The position numbers and the translations under genes were made by a program. A stretch of DNA of 63,897 bases, the filler included, from Rhizaria sp. SCN 62-66 (taxonomy: Eukaryota), in NCBI GenBank assembly GCA_001724265.1. It is 3 parts of 3 records of this genome, joined end to end, with 100 filler letters (N's around TTAATTAATTAA, not from the genome) between each part and the next. Parts side by side here need not be neighbours in the genome. Positions count along the whole stretch, not along the records: positions 46,013 to 63,897 come from MEDY01000479.1; 2 more parts are not named here. One strand, given 5' to 3'. Shown in pieces: positions 58,160 to 63,897 of the stretch (the stretch's first letter is position 1; the number at the start of each line of letters is the position of its first letter). The notes under the pieces are model-generated. The model made no database searches and had not been told where the DNA came from. It saw nothing but the letters and a program-made list of their open reading frames with translations.

Positions 58160-60866
58160 ATGTCTAAGGCCAAGGTCCGTGATTTGTTCGACACCCTGTC
58201 GTACGGTCCCTGCCCCGAGTCGGATGCCGCGGTTAAGGCGTGGATTGCTGCTGCTCCTTCGCCTCGTGGCGTTTTCATCGACAACCAGTGGAAGGCTGTT
58301 GAGTCCCGCAAGGTCACCGACTCCATCTCCCCCGCCGACAAGAAGGTTCTGGGCCCTGTTCTCGAGGGTACTGACGCTGACATTGCTGAGGCCGTCGAGT
58401 CCGCCAAGAAAGCTCAGGTTGCCTGGGCTGCTCTCTCGCCCCACGAGCGCGCCAAGCACCTCTACTCCGTTGCTCGTCACTGCCAGAAGCACGCGCGTCT
58501 CCTTGCCGTTGTTGAGGCGCTCGACAACGGCAAGCCGTTCCGCGAGACCAAGAGCTCCGACGTGCCCCTGCTCATCCGCCACTTCTACTACATGGCTGGC
58601 TGGGCCCAGGTCGCCGAGGAGGAGTTCCCCGACTACAAGCCCGTTGGTGTCGTCGGTGCTATCGTTCCTTGGTACGTTCATTGCTCTCTCTCTTGTTTTT
58701 TCTCTTCTCCTTACAACCTCGCTCGCGTAAAGATGATATCCACTCAAAATAACTTAGGAAGTGCCGTATGAGAATATGTGATTTTATTCTAGTGCCGGAA
58801 CTGAACGCAATCAACCTTATGATATATCTCAAAACTCCCACAAATGCAAAGCAGAAACACGATGTCTCACTATCAACTTTCTTCATCTCTTGTGTTAACA
58901 ACAAAACAGGAACTTCCCCCTGATGCTTCTGTCGTGGAAGGTTGCCCCCGCGCTCGCGATGGGCAACACCGTGGTGCTGAAGCCCGCCTCGTACACCCGT
59001 CTCTCTGCGCTGCTGTTCGCCGAGATCTGCGCCGAAGCCGGCCTGCCCGCGGGCGTGTTCAACGTCGTGTGCGGCTCCGGTCGCATCGGCTCCACGCTGG
59101 CGGACCACCCCGACGTCGGCAAGATCGCTTTCACGGGCTCGACCCCCATCGGCCAGTTGCTGCGCCGCCGCACCGCCGGCTCGGGCAAGAAGATCTCGCT
59201 GGAGCTGGGCGGCAAGTCGCCCGTTATCATCTTCGACACTGCGGACCTGGACTCGGCCGTCGAGGGTGTCGTCGACGCCATCTGGTTCAACCAGGGCCAG
59301 GTCTGCTGCGGCGGCTCCCGCGCCCTCGTCCACGAGTCGGTCCACGACCTCTTCCTCGCACGCCTCAAGCGCCGCCTCAACTCGTGGCGCATCGGCCACT
59401 CGCTGGAGAAGGACATCGACATGGGCGCCGTCGTCGACGAGTCGCAGTACAAGACCATCAAGGGCTTCTGTGACGAAGCCGTCCGCGAGGGCTGCGACGT
59501 CTACTTCCCCCCCGTGCCCGTCCCCAAGGAGGGCTTCTTCTGGCCCCCCACGATCATCTCCAACGTCCAGCAGACTTCGATCTGCGTCCAGGAGGAGATC
59601 TTCGGCCCCGTCGTCACGGTTCAGTCCTTCCGCAACATGGAGGAGGCCATCGCGCTCGCCAACAACTCCAAGTTCGGCCTCGGCGGCTCCGTGTGGACCG
59701 AGAACGTCTCTCTCGCGCTTGAGGTTGCCATCAACATCAAGTCCGGCGCTGTGTGGGTCAATTCGCACAACATCTTCGACTCGGCCGCCGGCTTCGGTGG
59801 CTACAAGGAGTCCGGCTTCGGCCGCGACGGTGGCCGCGAGGGTCTCTACGAGTACATCAAGCCCAAGTGGCAGCAGCCCGTCAAGACGGCGCTGACCTTC
59901 CCCACCGAGGCCGCCAAGTTCCCCTCGGCCCCCGTCGCGCTCGTGGCTCCCCCCACCGCGGTCGCCGCCACCGGTGCCGAGCTCACGAAGGGCCCCCTGG
60001 GCTCGCTTGTCATTGATCGCACGGCCAAGATGTACATCGGCGGCAAGCAGAAGCGCCCCGACGGCGAGTACTCGTTCAACGTCATCAACCCCGCCGGTCA
60101 GATCGTCGGCCAGGCGCCCGACGGCAGCCGCAAGGACCTTCGTGACGCCGTCGAGGCTGCTCACGCCGCCGCGCCCGGCTGGGGCAAGCGCGCCGCGCAC
60201 AACCGCGCGCAGATCTGCTATTACCTCGCCGAGAACCTCATGGCCCGTGCGGAGGAGTTCGCCAAGCGCATCGAGCAGCAGACCGGCCGCGCCGCGGCCG
60301 ACTGCGAGCGCGAGGTGGAGCTGTCGATCCAGCGCCTTTTCTACTACGCCGCTTTCGCCGACAAGTATGGCGGCGAGGTCAAGGAGACGACGCTCTACGG
60401 CGTCACCGTCTCCACCAACGAGCCCGTCGGTGTGATCGGCATCGTGTGCCCCAACGAGTACCCCCTGCTCGGCTTCGTGTCGCTTATCGCGCCCGCGTTG
60501 ATCCGCGGCAACGCCGTCGTCGTCGTTCCCTCGCAGACTGCTCCCTTCTCGGCCACGGATCTCTACCAGGTCTTCGACACCTCCGACCTGCCAGGCGGCG
60601 TTGTCAACATCGTCACCGGTGACCACGACTCGCTCACCAAGACCCTCGCCGAGCACTACGACGTCCAGGCGCTGTGGTACCATGGCAACGAGAAAACTTG
60701 CGCGGCCGTCGAGTATGCCGCCTCGGACAACATGAAGCGCACCTGGGTCAACTACGGCGTCGCCTGGGAGTGGGAGAATAACAAGGTCGGCCAGGGCCGC
60801 GAGTTCCTCCGTCACGCTTGCGAGGTCAAGAACATCTGGATCCCCATCGGTGACGGCCAGGCGTAA
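58160..60866 (+). CDS. Aldehyde dehydrogenase family 16-like (full ALDH plus a second Rossmann-like half); exons 58160-58671, 58910-60866; 822 aa
   Basis: IVPW|NFPL spans a GTACGT...CAG intron. Other motifs: FTGST, LELGGK, FNQGQVCCGGSR, EEIFGP, GGYKESGFGRDGG. Then RTAKMYIGGKQKRPDG and a second ALDH-like domain ending VKNIWIPIG. TAA stop. Confidence 0.93.
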
Positions 60867-62289
60867 GTTGCTTTGCCACACCACTTGCTGTTTCTTTTTT
60901 GTGAACGCGCGCTCGCACATGAATGAAATCACACAAAGTCTCTCGTCTTTTTCGGAAGCTTTTTTTGTGAATCCTCAACACTTTTGCATGCGCACAACAT
61001 TCTATCTACATAGCCGCATGCTGAGATGATTTTTTTTCCTGACTGTTGTCCAGTTGCTTTGCAACAATGGCACAGTTAGCAGTACAGTAGTATTAACCAG
61101 TATTAACCATATAGTCCCATTGTCTTCGGTTCTCTTATCTCTTTTTGTAACGACGAAAATAAAGCTTGCTTTTTTCCTACAATACGATAGACCTCGAAAG
61201 ACCATCGAACCCAAATAGAAGACGGCTAAAGCTGTTTTTGTGCAGCTGGCCGTCAGCGACGAGGCGACGGCTATGCCGTCCTTGTTTGACATGTTCAGAT
61301 AATGAGTGTCTCTAGTCGAGGTGCTGCTGCCTCTGACAATAAAACCGATTTGATAAACGATATGTTGATGGGATTATCGATTTTTTCGCATACCCCTGTA
61401 ACTCAAAAGTTGACTCCAAACGTAGCATACGTAATTGTGCAAAATCTCGTGAATATGTTAATATTGAAATATAAAACAGTTAAAGAAATACTAATACATA
61501 TACTATAATTATATATTTATTTTATTTTATATTCAAAATTATATTATATCATCAATAGTAATTCTGTTTTTTCAATATATACTAGCTATTAAAATAAGTT
61601 TTATTCATTTAATAATTGTGAATCTTTAATTCCTTTACTTTTCAGTGATCATTAAACGGTCCGGTTGGAGAAAATATTGTTGTGATATTTTCCTGAAATG
61701 TTGATTAAAAGTGCAAATAATATTAAAATTACAACATAATATTTGTTTATAACTAAAATACAATTTAAAAAGCCATAAAAAACAATCAATTTAAAGTTTT
61801 AATAAAGTTGCTTTATTATTAATAATTTAAATTATAAACAAACTTATTACATTAACTGCACCGTTTATTTTTGTTTTAAACTGTGTAAACGTTATCTTGG
61901 CTCATTAATGAAACATTACTATGCGAGTGCTCTTTGGCATCCGTGCGATAAGTTTCTTGGTGACAATGCACTATTGACGACACTCGCTGTTCTCAACCCT
62001 CAATTAACCTCGTTTCAACAGCCATTGCTGTATTATCACAGACTTATGAAGCGCATGTTGGCTCGGTTTGATAAGTTAGAATGTGTATTGAGGTTGACTT
62101 AGGTGAGAAATAGGTAGTACAAGTGACCTCGTAGCTCTTGCTATCCGAACTGAGTTACTCGGACTTGTTGAGGGGATGATTTGAGTTTATGTAAAAAGGG
62201 AAAAGTTAATATTGTGCCGCACTGACATATGACAGAGAAAGCGAGATGTTGTTGCGATGAAATACAGCGTTGTTCTCTTCTTCTTGTGC

Positions 62290-63897
62290 TTATTCAACAC
62301 GGTGGCGCTTGCGCATGTTGACAGAGCCCACAGCAGCAGTATCAGTCACCGAGTCTCTGGCAGCACCGACGACACTGGCACCGGTACCGGCGCCAGCAGC
62401 TCCAGCGCTGGTGGGGATACTGGTCGCCGTGATAGACGGCGCGGCCGGTGACATGATCGACACGAGGTCGCCGCCGCCGGCCGGGGAAGGCACGTCTTTG
62501 CCGCCCGGAGGCGCGCTGGGAATGAGAGACTTGGTCAAGAAGGCAGCAGCTGAGGCCGAGATGTCAGGCAGCGGCGCGGGCGCAGACGCCACGGGCGTCT
62601 TGTTGCTGCCCAGAATGCTCAGCGCAGTGCCGGCCGTGTGCTGCTGCTGGCCATCAGGCAGCGCGCGCGCACCGGAAAAGGGCGTCGAGGCCGACAGCGT
62701 GGGCATTGCCGTCAGCGGCGGCAGCGCGGTCGCTCTGTGGGCCGCGCCCGCCGCGTCGCTTGCGCCGGCGCCAGCGCGCGCCGCGAAGCCCGCGGCCAGC
62801 GCGAGCGCGGGCGGCAGCGAGGGCAGCACCGCCGGCGACAGCGCCGCCAGGTACGAGCCGGGCGTATTGGGGCCCATCAGCGCCGACAGCGGCGCCGCCA
62901 CGGCCACGTGGGGCACGGGCACGACCGAGGCCTCGCCCGGCGCGTGCGCGTGTGCGTGTGCGGAACCGGCAGCGCCGTGGCCGTGGCTATGACCGTGTCC
63001 GTGGCCGTGCGCGACGCTGCCACCGGCGCTGCTGCCGTGGTGGACCTGGCTGTGGCCGTGGGCGTGGACGTGAGGGCCGTGGTGGCTGTGGTCGCGGCCG
63101 CTGGGCATGACAGAGGCGGGCGGCGGCATCAGCAGCGCCGAGGCGCTGAGGCCCGAGCTGCTGGCGCTGCCCATGCCGCTGCTGCCCATGCCGCTGAGCG
63201 CGCTGCCGCTGAGTGCACTGCCGCTGAGTGCGCTGCTGCCGAGCGTGCTGCCGCCGCCGCCCGAGAGCCGGTGCCCGGGCGCGTGGCTGCTCGACACGAT
63301 GGGCACGAGCGCGGACCCGTTCGCCGCGCCCGCGCCGCCGCCGCCGCCCGCGTGCGCCGCCGCGGCTGCTGCGGCGGGCGAGACGATCTTGCTCACGGCC
63401 ACAAGCGCGGGCGAGGCGGGCAGGCTCAGCGTGCCCACGGCGCCCGACGCCGAGGCCGTCGACACGCGCAGCACTACCGCCGCTGGCTTCCCGGCCGCGC
63501 CAGCGCCCGCGCTGGCGGCAGCCGCGCCCAGCAGAGAGGACCGCGCGCCCGCGCCCGCACCCGAGCTTGCGCTCGTGCCCGCCGCGCCAGCAGCGCCGGC
63601 GCCGGGGCCCGAGCCAGCGCTCGAAACAGAGCCGGGGCCCGAGCCCGCAGCAGAGCCCACGCCCGCACCAGCCGCGGCGCCGACCCCCGCGGCGCCGGCC
63701 GCACCCGCAGTGGCACCGGCGCCTGCGTTCGCGCCCGCGCCCGCAGCCGGCGCCGGCGCGGGCGCGGCGGGAATGCGGCCGATGGCGAGCGCGGAGGGCG
63801 CGGCGGGCGCGTAGGCGAAGCCGTACGAGGGCGACGTGAGCCCCGCGGCCCCGCCGGAGGGCGTCGCGCCGCCGGCCGCGTGTGCCGCCGCCGCTGA
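62290..63897 (-). CDS. 3' part of a low-complexity Ala/Gly/Ser/His-rich protein; 5' end lies beyond the window
   Basis: The frame appears open from the window edge to TAA at 62292-62290. It has a His-rich tract and a basic C-terminus (RKRHRVE, NLS-like). Confidence 0.7.
   Translation of the reverse strand, partial: SAAAAHAAGGATPSGGAAGLTSPSYGFAYAPAAPSALAIGRIPAAPAPAPAAGAGANAGAGATAGAAGAAGVGAAAGAGVGSAAGSGPGSVSSAGSGPGAGAAGAAGTSASSGAGAGARSSLLGAAAASAGAGAAGKPAAVVLRVSTASASGAVGTLSLPASPALVAVSKIVSPAAAAAAAHAGGGGGAGAANGSALVPIVSSSHAPGHRLSGGGGSTLGSSALSGSALSGSALSGMGSSGMGSASSSGLSASALLMPPPASVMPSGRDHSHHGPHVHAHGHSQVHHGSSAGGSVAHGHGHGHSHGHGAAGSAHAHAHAPGEASVVPVPHVAVAAPLSALMGPNTPGSYLAALSPAVLPSLPPALALAAGFAARAGAGASDAAGAAHRATALPPLTAMPTLSASTPFSGARALPDGQQQHTAGTALSILGSNKTPVASAPAPLPDISASAAAFLTKSLIPSAPPGGKDVPSPAGGGDLVSIMSPAAPSITATSIPTSAGAAGAGTGASVVGAARDSVTDTAAVGSVNMRKRHRVE

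Noticed and set aside
58659-60932. Long antisense and alternate-frame ORFs (also 11386-12573, 27563-29188, 31649-32878, 42790-44586 and many more)
   Set aside because: Shadow ORFs caused by high GC3 and trinucleotide repeats opposite clear genes; they have no motifs of their own.
61002-61292. 96-aa minus-strand ORF ending in TAG, a potential counter-example to UAG reassignment
   Set aside because: It is AT-rich, lacks the genome's codon bias and has no recognisable motif; probably non-coding.

Overview
Gene-dense, GC-rich nuclear DNA from a single-celled eukaryote. It is aerobic (COQ4) and carries COMMD10, Rab, CK2, a PCI protein and a P2X channel. The window is three contigs joined by artificial 100-nt spacers (44 N + TTAATTAATTAA + 44 N) at 22942-23041 and 45913-46012. 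I can build 21 protein-coding gene models (4 partial) with 14 spliceosomal introns of 120-285 nt; every donor reads GT(A/T)CG. Main discovery: TAG appears not to be a stop codon. All 21 models can end in TAA (11) or TGA (10). The three in-frame TAGs (38931, 40561 minus strand, 57584) each lie in frames that stay open to a later TGA; two of them have more than 100 coding-like codons downstream. Gln is the best guess for the amino acid, with Leu as the main alternative. Other notable items are a P2X channel fused to four EF-hands, a PH+RCC1+polyPro+WH2/CA protein resembling a new Arp2/3 activator, a CK2-alpha with a mitochondrial-type presequence, a Rab4-like GTPase with altered G3/G4 motifs, a bacterial-type GT2-TPR glycosyltransferase with introns, and a catalytically intact ALDH16. 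Family assignments come from motif recognition by eye, not database searches. I found no rRNA, tRNA, CRISPR array or transposase.
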